Shown piece by piece: positions 9,770 through 20,134 of a stretch of DNA of 64,000 bases (positions are counted from its first letter, which is position 1; every line of letters starts with the position of its first letter). Source of the stretch: an uncultured Thermoplasmata archaeon (GTDB lineage Archaea; Thermoplasmatota; Thermoplasmata; UBA10834). Location: contig CAVRDX010000004.1 in assembly GCA_963719945.1 (NCBI GenBank), forward strand, positions 128,001 through 192,000, in the 5' to 3' direction. A program made the translations under genes and the position numbers. The notes beneath the pieces are model-generated. The model did not search any database. It was not told the DNA's origin and saw only the letters and a program-made list of their open reading frames with translations.

Positions 9770-10648
9770 TCAGGCAGGATAGAAGAGCGCCCTGTTGCCC
9801 TTGCGCACTACACGGATCCTGCCCTTCTTGGACAACGATGCAAGGGCCTTTGTGGCCTGCTCGGTGGGCAATCGGCTGCCCCGGACTAGCTGGCCCTTCG
9901 TGGAGCCATTCGGCCTCAATGCGTTCATTATGCGCTCCTCTGCATCTTCTTCCCCTGCCGCGTCCAATACTTTCAGCGGCTTGCGGGTGGGTGGTGCTGG
10001 AGGCGGAACGAGCCTGTAGCACTCGATCTTGCCAGAGCTGTCGAGGACCGTGCTTCCGGCGGAAATTAATCTACCGAGAGATAGTGTAATCTGATCCTCG
10101 AGGTAGCCCGTCAAAGCCATCAGATCCTGTAGGGTCTTCCCTTCTTCTGTGATCAATGACAGAACCTCGCCATCGATTAGGTTCTGTGGAGGGTGCTTGT
10201 CCTTCACGACTGATATGCTATCCAGATGCGTCTTCAGGAAAGTCCTGCTGGCAATCTTGAACTTGTCAATATCCTCGTCCAGGAGCTGTTCGAGTTCGTC
10301 AACGTCCAATCCCATCTCTCGCCAGCGTCCTAGCTTGGCCCTGTAGAGCTTCTTACGAAGTTCCACCGGTTTCTGATCGACCATGTGAGTTATCTCACGG
10401 GTCCCGTTGTTTATGGGGGCTTTATCGATGTCGTTCCTGGTTGTGACAGTATAACTGACACCTGAGCCCCTCAGCACGTGATGGATTTCCTCGAGTTTGT
10501 CGAAGAGCCTCTCGTCCTCACCTAGGTTGAGCTCGAAATCGTATTCACCGATGACGGGTACTGCATCTATCTGCCGCATCCGCTCGATTATCTGCTTGGG
10601 CGATTCGCCTTCGCTGCTGAGTTCGACCCGTATGTAGGTCTTTATCAT
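9770..10648 (-). CDS. Hypothetical protein: N-terminal ferredoxin-like domain plus two C-terminal winged-helix-like repeats
   Basis: Helix-turn-helix-wing patterns TLQDLMALTG..ITLSLGRL and TKGQLVRGSRL..TKALASLSKKGRI. Confidence 0.55.
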   Translation of the reverse strand: MIKTYIRVELSSEGESPKQIIERMRQIDAVPVIGEYDFELNLGEDERLFDKLEEIHHVLRGSGVSYTVTTRNDIDKAPINNGTREITHMVDQKPVELRKKLYRAKLGRWREMGLDVDELEQLLDEDIDKFKIASRTFLKTHLDSISVVKDKHPPQNLIDGEVLSLITEEGKTLQDLMALTGYLEDQITLSLGRLISAGSTVLDSSGKIECYRLVPPPAPPTRKPLKVLDAAGEEDAEERIMNALRPNGSTKGQLVRGSRLPTEQATKALASLSKKGRIRVVRKGNRALFYPA

Positions 10649-10774
10649 TTGGTATCACTTAGCTGGAGGACACAATAGCCTCACTCTTTGATATTGTTTT
10701 CGAATATTGATAATACAAGTACATGTATGGCAGATGTGAGGTTAATATACGAGGCACCGGCATAACACTGGCGC

Positions 10775-12004
10775 ATGCCTCCAGATGCGAACAAACGGTT
10801 CCTAATGAGCGCTTTTTCGAGACATTACAGGGATGTTTCCATCGCCATGCCCGATAGATTCGCACGAAGAGAGTTCGGATTCATGTTCTTCGACCGGGAT
10901 TACGTGATGAGGCATCTGGGGTTTGCGAAGAGAGCTGAACTGAAGAACTACCTCGTCGATAATGTGCCATCTCACGCATACTATTCATGCGCATACTACG
11001 AGAAGCCGAATGCCCCCACTATGCCTGAAAAGAAATGGCTGGGTGCCGACCTCATATTCGATCTTGATGCAGACCATGTCGAAGGGACGAAGGGCATGAC
11101 CTACGAGAAGATGCTCGAAAGAGTCAAAGAAGAGGTGATTCGGCTCATGGACGAATTCCTCCTGGGGGACCTAGGCTTCGATTATGATTCACTTAAGGTG
11201 GTGTTCTCCGGCGGTCGAGGATATCACGTTCACATCAACGACCCCAGAGTCTTCCGACTGTCCAGCCATGAGAGGAGGGAGATAGTGGATTATGTGACTG
11301 GGACGGATCTCGACATCGATTGGATATTCCCTGAGACATCCTTCGAGATGGCGAGGTTCAAGGATAGGCCTTCGATAGCGCACAAGAGGACCATGCCGAA
11401 ACTCGAGGATGGTGGTTGGCGGCGGCGCATGAGACGGGGCATTGATGAACTACTGAAGGAGTTGGAGGACGCCGACGAGACCACCGCCAAGGGCATCCTT
11501 GCCAAGATATCAGAGGGTGGGGCAAAGGAGATAGGTGTGAAGACCCTGGACGGCGTGTACGACGATCTCTTCAAAGGCAACCAGGGAAAGAGAGGAGTCG
11601 ACAGGATGAGAGATGACGACACCTTCGAGGTATTCTCTGAAAAGAGACGGGCGGACGCATTCCTATCAATCGTTGAGATGAGGGTCAAGGGACGGATGAA
11701 AGGCGAGACGGACGAACCCGTCACCTCGGATATTAAGCGCTTGATAAGGCTGCCATCATCCTTGCACGGCAAAACGGGATTCGAGGTCATCCCGATGAAA
11801 AGAGACGATGTCGAGGATTTCGATCCGTTCGTATCGGCAGTCTCGGCCACATTCGGGGAGGAGCCAGTCCGAGTGAGCTGCCGGGAACCGGTCGAAGTGT
11901 CCCTCAAGGAGTGCAAGTTCACGCTGGACGAGGGGCAGAACACTGTGCCAGAGTATGCTGCAATCCATCTAATATGCAGAAAGCTGGCGATTTTTGATTC
12001 CTGA
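10775..12004 (+). CDS. priS: DNA primase catalytic subunit
   Basis: RREFGF, ADLIFDLDAD, FSGGRGYH, DEPVTSDIKRLIRLPSSLHGKTG. Confidence 0.96.
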   Translation: MPPDANKRFLMSAFSRHYRDVSIAMPDRFARREFGFMFFDRDYVMRHLGFAKRAELKNYLVDNVPSHAYYSCAYYEKPNAPTMPEKKWLGADLIFDLDADHVEGTKGMTYEKMLERVKEEVIRLMDEFLLGDLGFDYDSLKVVFSGGRGYHVHINDPRVFRLSSHERREIVDYVTGTDLDIDWIFPETSFEMARFKDRPSIAHKRTMPKLEDGGWRRRMRRGIDELLKELEDADETTAKGILAKISEGGAKEIGVKTLDGVYDDLFKGNQGKRGVDRMRDDDTFEVFSEKRRADAFLSIVEMRVKGRMKGETDEPVTSDIKRLIRLPSSLHGKTGFEVIPMKRDDVEDFDPFVSAVSATFGEEPVRVSCREPVEVSLKECKFTLDEGQNTVPEYAAIHLICRKLAIFDS

Positions 12005-12045
12005 TGCACAAAATATTAATTCGGACTAGGTCATCTTAATGCGCA

Positions 12046-12873
12046 ATGCCCCTATCGAAAAAGGTCCTGGAGGGTTCAGTCAGGTTGACCAGGATCCGCA
12101 GGATCAAGATCGTGTTGTACATACTCCAGGTGGCCATCCTTGTGGCACTGGCGTTCCTCGTCGTATTCATCATAGGGAATGCGAAAATCAAGCCGAGCCT
12201 ATACCTTCCAATCGACTCCTTCGCCGCAGTGGTCGTCTTGATTCTGCTTGTCATCTGCGTCGAAGGCTTCTTCTTCAGAATGCTGGAGATACGGTTTGCC
12301 AGAAGCTCCAGCGCCAGGCATCTGATGGCCATGACCTCGATGAAGAGTTCGATGCTGATAGCAATCATATGCGCGGTCATCACTTTTGTGCTCATGGTAC
12401 CACCGATACTATCAGTGGTCGAGGGTGCTACGGAGAAGACGATCACTGTCACCAGCGGTGAGGATTATTCCTTCTGGTCTCGGGATCCGCTCGCGATGTT
12501 GAGAGCCTCTGAGATTAGAGCCACCTCGCAAGATACTGTCGAGCTATACCTGGTCGACGATTCGGTGTACCAGCAATATAACGGCAGCTTGGGTGAGATG
12601 TACTCACTGAGATTGAATGATGATGACTACATAATCGACGGGGAACTGACGATTACGATCCCGTTTTCTGATCACACCCTCTTCCATCTGGTGCTAAACG
12701 ATCTGGACAACCCTGGCGCAATCATCACTGTGACACTGTCGAACGAGGTGTCCGAGACATTCACCGGGCTCGTATCACTCCTCACCCTCGCGTTTGTAGT
12801 AGCGAACATAGCATGGATCGCATACTTGGTCCCGATAGAAAGGAAATATTCTCACGGGTCAATCTACAAGTAG
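12046..12873 (+). CDS. Hypothetical multi-pass membrane protein with a soluble beta-rich domain
   Basis: Three N-terminal hydrophobic segments, an acidic soluble domain and a C-terminal TM. Confidence 0.7.
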   Translation: MPLSKKVLEGSVRLTRIRRIKIVLYILQVAILVALAFLVVFIIGNAKIKPSLYLPIDSFAAVVVLILLVICVEGFFFRMLEIRFARSSSARHLMAMTSMKSSMLIAIICAVITFVLMVPPILSVVEGATEKTITVTSGEDYSFWSRDPLAMLRASEIRATSQDTVELYLVDDSVYQQYNGSLGEMYSLRLNDDDYIIDGELTITIPFSDHTLFHLVLNDLDNPGAIITVTLSNEVSETFTGLVSLLTLAFVVANIAWIAYLVPIERKYSHGSIYK

Positions 12874-13718
12874 CCATACAGGGAGCAGCAGGTTTCCCGA
12901 CGCCTGATCGTGAAACCGGATTTCTTTAGAAGAGCTACCGTGGACTCTGAAGGCATCACGATCCCGTCCAAGCCAGCCTGAACCGCATCGAACTCCCAGG
13001 ATCTATTCCGTTTCGATCTCATGCAACCGAAGACGAGCTTGGTCTCGGGCATCCGTTCGCGTGCGAGGGAGATTATCTCGATCATATCGCTGGGGGATGG
13101 AGGCAACAGGGTCGCATAGCTCGTGCCTTCCGTCGGGATGAGGGATATCAGGACCAGGACTGGAACCCCGATATCAGCTACTTCTGAGACTGCTCTCCGC
13201 TCACCCCTCAACTGCCCTCCATGAATCCCGACACATATGTGTGGAACGACCACAGGAGCTCCGAGGGACTTGAGGGTTTTCAGGACGCGCGTGTAGTCCT
13301 CGACCGTGGCCCGAAGTCCAGAGACCTCCGCAATGGTTTCATCCGATCCATACATATCGACAGAGAAAGCGTCGATGCCGCTTCGAACGAGCGCCATCAG
13401 ATCATCCCTGGGCGTGAGGCCGATATGCGCATTGATCTTGAGGGATGTCTCGGCCTTTATGAGCGTAATTGTCGAGGTGAAATCACTCAGGGGGACTCTG
13501 CCGTTCGAATCCGACCCACCACTGAGAAGGAATCCCTTCGCACCTCTCGCTTCAAGGGTCTTGGCGAATTTGAGCAGGTCTTCTGGAGTGGTGGTTTGAA
13601 CCATCCCTTCGAGATATCTCGCTCCACAGTGTTTGCACTTAAGAGCGCATATTGTACCTGTAACAGAGACTGAAGGGAAGCTGCGCCCTGGGTAGAAGCA
13701 CTCTATCTCTCGCGACAC
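12864..13718 (-). CDS. lipS1: Radical SAM protein, LipS1-type archaeal lipoyl synthase subunit
   Basis: CALKCKHC (CxxxCxxC), GCMR and C-terminal CC (ETCCS), the motifs described for LipS1 homologues. Confidence 0.7.
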   Translation of the reverse strand: MSREIECFYPGRSFPSVSVTGTICALKCKHCGARYLEGMVQTTTPEDLLKFAKTLEARGAKGFLLSGGSDSNGRVPLSDFTSTITLIKAETSLKINAHIGLTPRDDLMALVRSGIDAFSVDMYGSDETIAEVSGLRATVEDYTRVLKTLKSLGAPVVVPHICVGIHGGQLRGERRAVSEVADIGVPVLVLISLIPTEGTSYATLLPPSPSDMIEIISLARERMPETKLVFGCMRSKRNRSWEFDAVQAGLDGIVMPSESTVALLKKSGFTIRRRETCCSLYGYL

Positions 13719-13835
13719 GATCCCTTAGCAACGACCAGTCGGCATATCAAGCTTATGCGGCGGTCGTGTCAGAAACGGGTTGTCCAGGCAAAAGCTTTAT
13801 TTGCGACCCTTTCTCTAGGGCCCCTGCTGGTCTGC

Positions 13836-14069
13836 ATGAAAGCTTTCGAAGTTAAGGGTCAGTTCAGACTATCTGTCAAGGAATGGCAACCATTCTCCAT
13901 TGAGGTTGCATCAACTGATGAGAAAGGTGCCGTAGATAAACTGCTGGCATTGATCGGCAGCAGGCACAACGTCAAGCGGGCGTTCATCAAGATCGACGGT
14001 GTGAAACCCCTCAAGCTAGAGGAGATCACGGACCATACCGTGAAATACCTGCTGGAGGCAAAGAAGTGA
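13836..14069 (+). CDS. rplX: 50S ribosomal protein LX (eL20/L18Ae)
   Basis: MKAFEVKG..F, IGSRHNVKR..IKI; upstream of pfdA-ftsY. Confidence 0.9.
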   Translation: MKAFEVKGQFRLSVKEWQPFSIEVASTDEKGAVDKLLALIGSRHNVKRAFIKIDGVKPLKLEEITDHTVKYLLEAKK

Positions 14070-14497
14070 TTGATGAGACGGCACTCAGAGAGAATATGAT
14101 GAGGCTCGACACGGCCAAGGCACAGCTGGAAGGGCTTGCGAGACAGCAGGAACTGATCCAGCTCGCCATCGAAGAGCACGTCAAGGCCCGTGAGACTGTA
14201 AAGAGCCTTTCCTCGGGAGTACCTGGGGACGATCTGATGATACCAATCGGTGCCGATTCGTACATTTATGCGAAGGCGTCCGAGAGGAAGGACGTCGTCA
14301 TTGGCGTGGGTTCCGGGGTGTCTATACAGAGAGACGCTGTGGAAGCACAGAAGCTATTGGATACCAGGATAGAAGAGCTGTCCCAGGCGTTCCAGAAGGT
14401 CTCTGAGAAAGCAGAACAGGCAGAGGCCACCATTCAGCAATTGTCACAATTGGTTCAGAGTCAATACGAGGAGATGCAGGCAGGCCACATGGCCTGA
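14066..14497 (+). CDS. pfdA: Prefoldin alpha subunit
   Basis: Coiled coils flanking IPIGADSY and VIGVGSGV hairpins. Confidence 0.93.
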   Translation: MIDETALRENMMRLDTAKAQLEGLARQQELIQLAIEEHVKARETVKSLSSGVPGDDLMIPIGADSYIYAKASERKDVVIGVGSGVSIQRDAVEAQKLLDTRIEELSQAFQKVSEKAEQAEATIQQLSQLVQSQYEEMQAGHMA

Positions 14498-14506
14498 GGG
14501 CTTATC

Positions 14507-15472
14507 ATGTTCCGAGCGCTGAAGGAGAGATTCTCGGCGGCTTCGAAGGTCGCAGAGAGCAGGTCAATCGACGACATCTCAGAAGTCGCCGGTGATTCTG
14601 GAAGGAGGCTCAAGGAGAGCGTCCTTGACGATGTTCTACACGAGCTTGAGATAGGGCTTCTCGAATCGGATGTCGCCCTGCCCGTCGCCGAGGAACTCAC
14701 GAAGAGCGTGAGAGAGGCATTGGTGGGCAAGAGGATCGACAAGGGTTTCAAGATTGATGAGGCGATTGAACTATCACTGCGTATCGCTGTAAGAGATGTT
14801 CTCCAGGCCAATACTTTCTCCCTCAAAGATGCGCTGGCCTCGAAGGCTCCACCATACGTCATCATGTTTGTTGGCATAAACGGAACCGGAAAAACTACAA
14901 TCATTGCCAAGATGGCGAACAGGCTCAAGGCTCACGGATACAGCGTCATACTAGCAGCTGCAGACACATTCAGGGCTGGCGCGATAGAGCAGTTGACGAT
15001 ACACTCCGAGAAACTTGGATGCAAGATAATTAAGCACCAGGCAGGTGGGGACCCCGCGGCCGTGGCATATGACGCGATTGAGCACGCGAAGGCCCGCAAG
15101 AGAGGGGTCGTCCTCATCGACACTGCTGGCAGGATGCAGACCAATACGAACCTGATGGACGAGATGAAGAAGATCAAGCGGGTCGCAAAACCCGACCTCA
15201 TTGTGTTCGTGGGCGATTCGCTCGCGGGATCCGATGCGGTTATCCAGGCCAAGAAGTTCGACGAAGCAGTCGGAATCGACGCTGTTGTGTTGACGAAGAT
15301 AGATGCTGATTCGAAAGGCGGTGCGGCACTGTCCATAGCGAAGACCGTCGGCAAGCCCATCGCATATGTGAGCTTCGGTCAGGAATACGATCAATTCCGG
15401 CGCTTCGACGCAGAATGGATGGTCGGAAGGATATTCGGAGACAAGCAATCCGCGTCCACTCAGGATTTCTGA
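14507..15472 (+). CDS. ftsY: SRP receptor FtsY
   Basis: GINGTGKTT, DTFRAGA, DTAGR, TKID, KGG. Confidence 0.96.
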   Translation: MFRALKERFSAASKVAESRSIDDISEVAGDSGRRLKESVLDDVLHELEIGLLESDVALPVAEELTKSVREALVGKRIDKGFKIDEAIELSLRIAVRDVLQANTFSLKDALASKAPPYVIMFVGINGTGKTTIIAKMANRLKAHGYSVILAAADTFRAGAIEQLTIHSEKLGCKIIKHQAGGDPAAVAYDAIEHAKARKRGVVLIDTAGRMQTNTNLMDEMKKIKRVAKPDLIVFVGDSLAGSDAVIQAKKFDEAVGIDAVVLTKIDADSKGGAALSIAKTVGKPIAYVSFGQEYDQFRRFDAEWMVGRIFGDKQSASTQDF

Positions 15473-16707
15473 GCGCCAGATATTGCATCACCTGCGAAGA
15501 GCAGGGCAAAGACCTTCGTATCTGACATCAAGTTATCGATCACGCAGTATTCATTCGCATCATGGGCCATGGCCTCGAGAGAGGCCCAGACCACAGCATC
15601 GATTCCTTCGCGCCTGAAGGGTGTGGCGCATGTACCTCCACCCATGCCTGTTGGGCGCGGCTCCACTTTCTTGATCGTTCTGATGGCTGCAGACAGCATC
15701 TTCACGATCTCAGAATCCACACTGGTTCTCGGGGGTGCGTCGGCCCTTTGATCGATATCCAGCATTATCTTGGCGCCACTCTCTGATTCGATCTCCTTGG
15801 CGATCCTGTTCATATCAGCCAGGATTTCGTCCAGACGATATTCCGGAAGGACCCTGAAATCAAATGCGAACCTCTGCTTTCCTGGAATGGTGTTGATGTT
15901 TGGGCCGTTCGATTCGCATCTCGTCGCGACGAATGTGCTCGGTGGTGGGTTGAAAAGAGGGTCGCTGTCCGCATATTTTGCACGAAGTTCGTCCGTCACT
16001 TTTAACATGTACTTGGCAGCGACCTCGAGAGCGTTTATGCCTTCATCTGGGGTGCTAGCATGGGTCTGCTTCCCGAGAACCTCGACGTTCACCCACAGGA
16101 TGCTCTTCTCCACTACCTCCAGCTCAGAGCCATCCGACGCTCCATGGTCGGGGACCACTGCGAGGTCTCCCTTCTTGAACACCCCTTTAGAGAGCAGGAA
16201 CTCAATCCCATGATCGTTGCCCTGCTCCTCATCGGCCACGAAGGCGAGGTTGATGTTCATCTCAGGCACGATCCCCGCAGCCTTGATCGTCGCCATAGCG
16301 AAGAGGGAGGCGATCAGCTCCTGCCCGTTATCCTCTGAGCCTCGACCATATATCCGACCGTCTTTGACGATAGGATCGAATGGTGGAGATGCCCATGCGG
16401 AGATATCGCCTTCAGGGACGGTGTCCATGTGTGTGACGACCCACATATTCCTGTCAGTTCGTCCCGCGAGCCGGAGTATGATGTTCGGCCGGCTGCCGAA
16501 AGGAACCCTTGGGTCGTTTGAACTCAGAACCTCCGCTTTGCCGAGACCGAGGTCGGCAGCCAACTTGACGAGAAAATCCGCGCGAGCCTGCTCGCCCTCA
16601 CCTCCGCTGTCAGGTGCTATAGCCTTTATTCTAAGCATCGAGCAGAAATCCTTGATCATGTCATCTTTCCGCGCGTCGACCAGTTGAGAAAGCCGCCCTG
16701 TATCCAT
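15460..16707 (-). CDS. M20 family metallo-hydrolase (ArgE/DapE-like)
   Basis: HMDTVP, GRGSEDNG, ADEE, AHDANE; start set at MDTGRL. Confidence 0.9.
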   Translation of the reverse strand: MDTGRLSQLVDARKDDMIKDFCSMLRIKAIAPDSGGEGEQARADFLVKLAADLGLGKAEVLSSNDPRVPFGSRPNIILRLAGRTDRNMWVVTHMDTVPEGDISAWASPPFDPIVKDGRIYGRGSEDNGQELIASLFAMATIKAAGIVPEMNINLAFVADEEQGNDHGIEFLLSKGVFKKGDLAVVPDHGASDGSELEVVEKSILWVNVEVLGKQTHASTPDEGINALEVAAKYMLKVTDELRAKYADSDPLFNPPPSTFVATRCESNGPNINTIPGKQRFAFDFRVLPEYRLDEILADMNRIAKEIESESGAKIMLDIDQRADAPPRTSVDSEIVKMLSAAIRTIKKVEPRPTGMGGGTCATPFRREGIDAVVWASLEAMAHDANEYCVIDNLMSDTKVFALLFAGDAISGAQKS

Positions 16708-16774
16708 GCAATCCTCACTTCCTTTCGGGCAGGATATCAGGGACCGGCGATATGACGTTTGCTGATTATCGGCA

Positions 16775-17950
16775 TCATATCTCGACCAGCATGCCGACAG
16801 CATTCCCGCCACCTAGGCAGAGGGTTGCTAGACCACGGTGCGCACTATGCTTCTTCATGGCATAGGTTAGTGTGGTCAGGACACGCGCACCGCTACATCC
16901 GATCGGATGGCCGAGGGCGACTGCGCCACCGTTCACGTTGAACCGATCGGGGGGGACATCGAGCGCGCGCATGACGGCGACCGAAGCTGTCGAGAATGCT
17001 TCGTTGTGCTCGAACAGGTCGATATCCTTGATGGTCAACTTGTTCCGCTCGAGAAGCTTGCGGGCGGCATCGATCGGGGCCTCCATAAGAAGCTCTGGCT
17101 TCGTTCCCGTCGTTATATAATCCACAATTCTCGCCAACGGAGTGACACCCTTCTCGCGGGCAACGTCTCCATCCATTATGACAAGAGCTGATGCTCCGTC
17201 GTTGATGCTCGATGAATTGCCGGCGGTCAGTACACCATCGTTACGGAAAACGGGTTTGAGCTTCCCTAGCGATTCGATCGTTGTGTCCTCCCTTGGACCC
17301 TCATCGGTCGAGAAGATGATGTTGCCCTTCTTCGAGGGGATCTCAACGTCGACTGTTTCGTCCCTGAACGCTCCAGACTTGATGGCGGTGATAGCCTTCT
17401 TATGACTGCCACAAGAGAATTCGTCGGCGTCATGCCTCGTGATGCCATGCTTCTGTGCGACTATCTCGCCAGTGTTGCCCATGTGGAAATCGTTGAAGAC
17501 ATCCCACAGGCCGTCCCTCACCATGGCATCGATCAGTTGGGAATCGAACAACTTGTACCCGAACCGCGCCTTCTCCAGAAGGTAAGGTGCATTCGACATG
17601 CTTTCCATTCCGCCTGCGACGATGATTTTCTCGCGGCCTGCGAGAATCGCATCGCTGGCAAGCATGACGGCTTTCATGCCGGACCCGCAGACCTTGTTTA
17701 TCGTCAGCGCTGACACAGAATCTGGTAGTCCTGCCCAAAGAGCGGCCTGTCTGCCAGGGTTCTGACCCAGACCTGCCGATAGAACATTGCCCATGATGCA
17801 TTCTTCGACCTCTCCCGGTTCGATGCCCGCGCGTCGCACGGCCTCCTTCACGGCCACGGCACCCAAACGCGTGGCGCTCATGTCCTTCAGTGCTCCTCCG
17901 AACTTGCCAATGGCTGTCCTCGTCGCACTCGCGATTACCGGTTGTGACAT
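16775..17950 (-). CDS. Acetyl-CoA C-acetyltransferase (bacterial-type thiolase)
   Basis: NKVCGSG, NEAF, GGAVALGHPIG, CLGGG. Confidence 0.95.
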   Translation of the reverse strand: MSQPVIASATRTAIGKFGGALKDMSATRLGAVAVKEAVRRAGIEPGEVEECIMGNVLSAGLGQNPGRQAALWAGLPDSVSALTINKVCGSGMKAVMLASDAILAGREKIIVAGGMESMSNAPYLLEKARFGYKLFDSQLIDAMVRDGLWDVFNDFHMGNTGEIVAQKHGITRHDADEFSCGSHKKAITAIKSGAFRDETVDVEIPSKKGNIIFSTDEGPREDTTIESLGKLKPVFRNDGVLTAGNSSSINDGASALVIMDGDVAREKGVTPLARIVDYITTGTKPELLMEAPIDAARKLLERNKLTIKDIDLFEHNEAFSTASVAVMRALDVPPDRFNVNGGAVALGHPIGCSGARVLTTLTYAMKKHSAHRGLATLCLGGGNAVGMLVEI

Positions 17951-18020
17951 TGTTGATCACATCCCCCAGCATCAATGGCTGCCGATGCTGGATGTGGTCA
18001 ATTGATTCGAATGTCCGTAT

Positions 18021-19346
18021 TTATATTTTGTTGATGGTACCCCTCGACATTCGCCGAATTGGCTTGTGAAGATGGCGTCTAGATGATATCGGGGGCTCGT
18101 ACCATCCAACGGTCAACCGTCTCGGTTCCTCGATCTTCGTTGATGATGAGTCTGGCGCGCGTGATCCGCACTTCTTGCACCTGAAGCCCTGGCCACGGCC
18201 AATCGACCCCATTGATTTGCCGCATTTCTCGCAGGCAGGATTTCTCACCTTCTTGATGTCTCTGGATAGGTGAGTGACCTGCAGCTTCTCGATGTTCAAC
18301 GTCCTCGGCGATGACCTGACCGACCCGAAGGCGACCACCTCGTCCCCTGGGATCAGCGATCTGGCAACCTCTCGGAAGCTCTTGGATGGCTCGTAGAACG
18401 CTGCATCGATTTCTGAACTGTCAGAGATCCTGATGACGACATGACCACCAGGGATCGTCACTGGCTTCGTGGTCACGCGGGCCTCGACCTTGACTGAATC
18501 ACCGGGACGAAGCTGACTGATCCTCTTCCTGACGATATGGTCCTCTGTACCCTGATTCGAGAGATACATCAGCCATCGATCGGGCGTCTCGCCTCGAATC
18601 ATATCGCTCGCAAGCAGAAGGTCGCTCTGAGAGTCGCCCCGAATCCCATATAGCACCGGGCAGGGGGACCCTGGGACTATCGCCACATGGCCGTTCTCGG
18701 GATCGTAGTTGTTGAATGTGCTCGCGACGCTCTTATCCATCATTATGACACTGGCATCATCGATCATCCGCTCTTTGCCGAACATGGAGGGATGTCGATA
18801 AGTGATGATTTCCCATGTACGGTCGCGAGGCCTCCAGGCAGCAGCCGCAGCAGCCCCGATCAGTCCTCTTCCACCTTTGTACACCCTCCAATTGGCCCCA
18901 CACCTTCGCAGAATCGTCTCCACGTCCTCCAGCCCGACGATCTCCCTCACGGCTTTCCAATACAACGATGGGGGTGGGCGGGTCAGGGTGCAGAGAATGC
19001 CAGGGTTCGTGCTATGATATTCGAAACGGGCGTTTGATTCCAGCACCTCAGACGCGCGCGCAAGAAGATGTTCTGGATCGACCGGGGTACCGTTCCTGAA
19101 ATACATGATCTTGCGGCCCCCGATATGACCACAAACGGTTCCTCGCCCCATTCCAACCCCGAGCTGGATGCTTACCGCAGCATTGCCCCTCGTCTTCCAA
19201 GGGACGTTCGGGTTCAACCTCACCAACCTGGGCAGACCGATGAGATCAAAATCTCTCAATTCGTCCAGCATCAGGGTCGCGAGGTATGTCGTGCACATAC
19301 CCTCAGGTGAATCCGTATCGTCGAATGCGAGCGTGGTCCCGGGCAC
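18021..19346 (-). CDS. tiaS: tRNA(Ile2) agmatinylcytidine synthetase
   Basis: DDTDS..GMCTT, RLNPNVPWKTRGN, PVLYGIRG, NQGT, C-terminal Zn ribbon, RRHLHKP. Confidence 0.95.
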   Translation of the reverse strand: MPGTTLAFDDTDSPEGMCTTYLATLMLDELRDFDLIGLPRLVRLNPNVPWKTRGNAAVSIQLGVGMGRGTVCGHIGGRKIMYFRNGTPVDPEHLLARASEVLESNARFEYHSTNPGILCTLTRPPPSLYWKAVREIVGLEDVETILRRCGANWRVYKGGRGLIGAAAAAAWRPRDRTWEIITYRHPSMFGKERMIDDASVIMMDKSVASTFNNYDPENGHVAIVPGSPCPVLYGIRGDSQSDLLLASDMIRGETPDRWLMYLSNQGTEDHIVRKRISQLRPGDSVKVEARVTTKPVTIPGGHVVIRISDSSEIDAAFYEPSKSFREVARSLIPGDEVVAFGSVRSSPRTLNIEKLQVTHLSRDIKKVRNPACEKCGKSMGSIGRGQGFRCKKCGSRAPDSSSTKIEEPRRLTVGWYEPPISSRRHLHKPIRRMSRGTINKI

Positions 19347-19384
19347 GGTCCGTCAAACGTCCGCAACCAACAAAAGGGTTGCCA

Positions 19385-20029
19385 TCAGGTCACGGGACGA
19401 ACAGCCCAAACTTGGAGGCCTGTGACGAATACATCACTATCAAAGACCAATGTGCAATCCAATGTCCATTGACCTTCCCACAGAGTCCCAAGAGATTCGC
19501 GGGGCCATAGGACTATACTCGATTCGTGGAGTTCGTCGAACAGGCGATAGGACCCGTCCGAAACCTGTTCGACGAGGCCAGTAAGATTGAACCGATCGTC
19601 TTCGAAGAGCTGCCAGGAGGCGCGGAGTGTGGAGAGCCCAAGTGCGACCTCCGATGAGGAGACCTGTTCGACCTCGTCATAGACCGTGAAAAGAGTTGCC
19701 CCTTCTTCGTCAAATGAGAGTTCGCCTTTTGCTCTGATCTCGCCACCGATAGATACATGGAAGCTGGGAGGAGAGGCTGAGGAGGGGGTGCAAACGACTT
19801 TCAACGAGGATTGCCCGGATTCATCTATCAGCATGAGGATCTCGGTGCCCGATTCGTATCGCTTCAGACTCGTTAGTATGCCGGAGATCATGACGCTGGC
19901 ACCGTCAAGATCGGTAGACAACTCATCGATTGACAGAACGGCATCATCCACCCCGTATGAGAGCAGGAGCACGGAGGATATGACGAGGGCTGCGACCAAG
20001 GCATTGCATCTCGGACCAGGCAGATTCAT
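19385..20029 (-). CDS. Membrane-anchored OB-fold protein
   Basis: N-terminal TM; pattern V.ISG.L...L.LIDESG...V......G.I...G typical of OB folds, apparently repeated. Confidence 0.5.
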   Translation of the reverse strand: MNLPGPRCNALVAALVISSVLLLSYGVDDAVLSIDELSTDLDGASVMISGILTSLKRYESGTEILMLIDESGQSSLKVVCTPSSASPPSFHVSIGGEIRAKGELSFDEEGATLFTVYDEVEQVSSSEVALGLSTLRASWQLFEDDRFNLTGLVEQVSDGSYRLFDELHESSIVLWPRESLGTLWEGQWTLDCTLVFDSDVFVTGLQVWAVRPVT

Positions 20030-20134
20030 GAGCTTCCGATATGCAGGAGGGTGTATAGCGAGGGGGATTGCATGTAGTGGTTTTCAAGCAAATCCTTTTA
20101 ACATCACCTAGATTATCATCCCCAAGGTGAGCGA

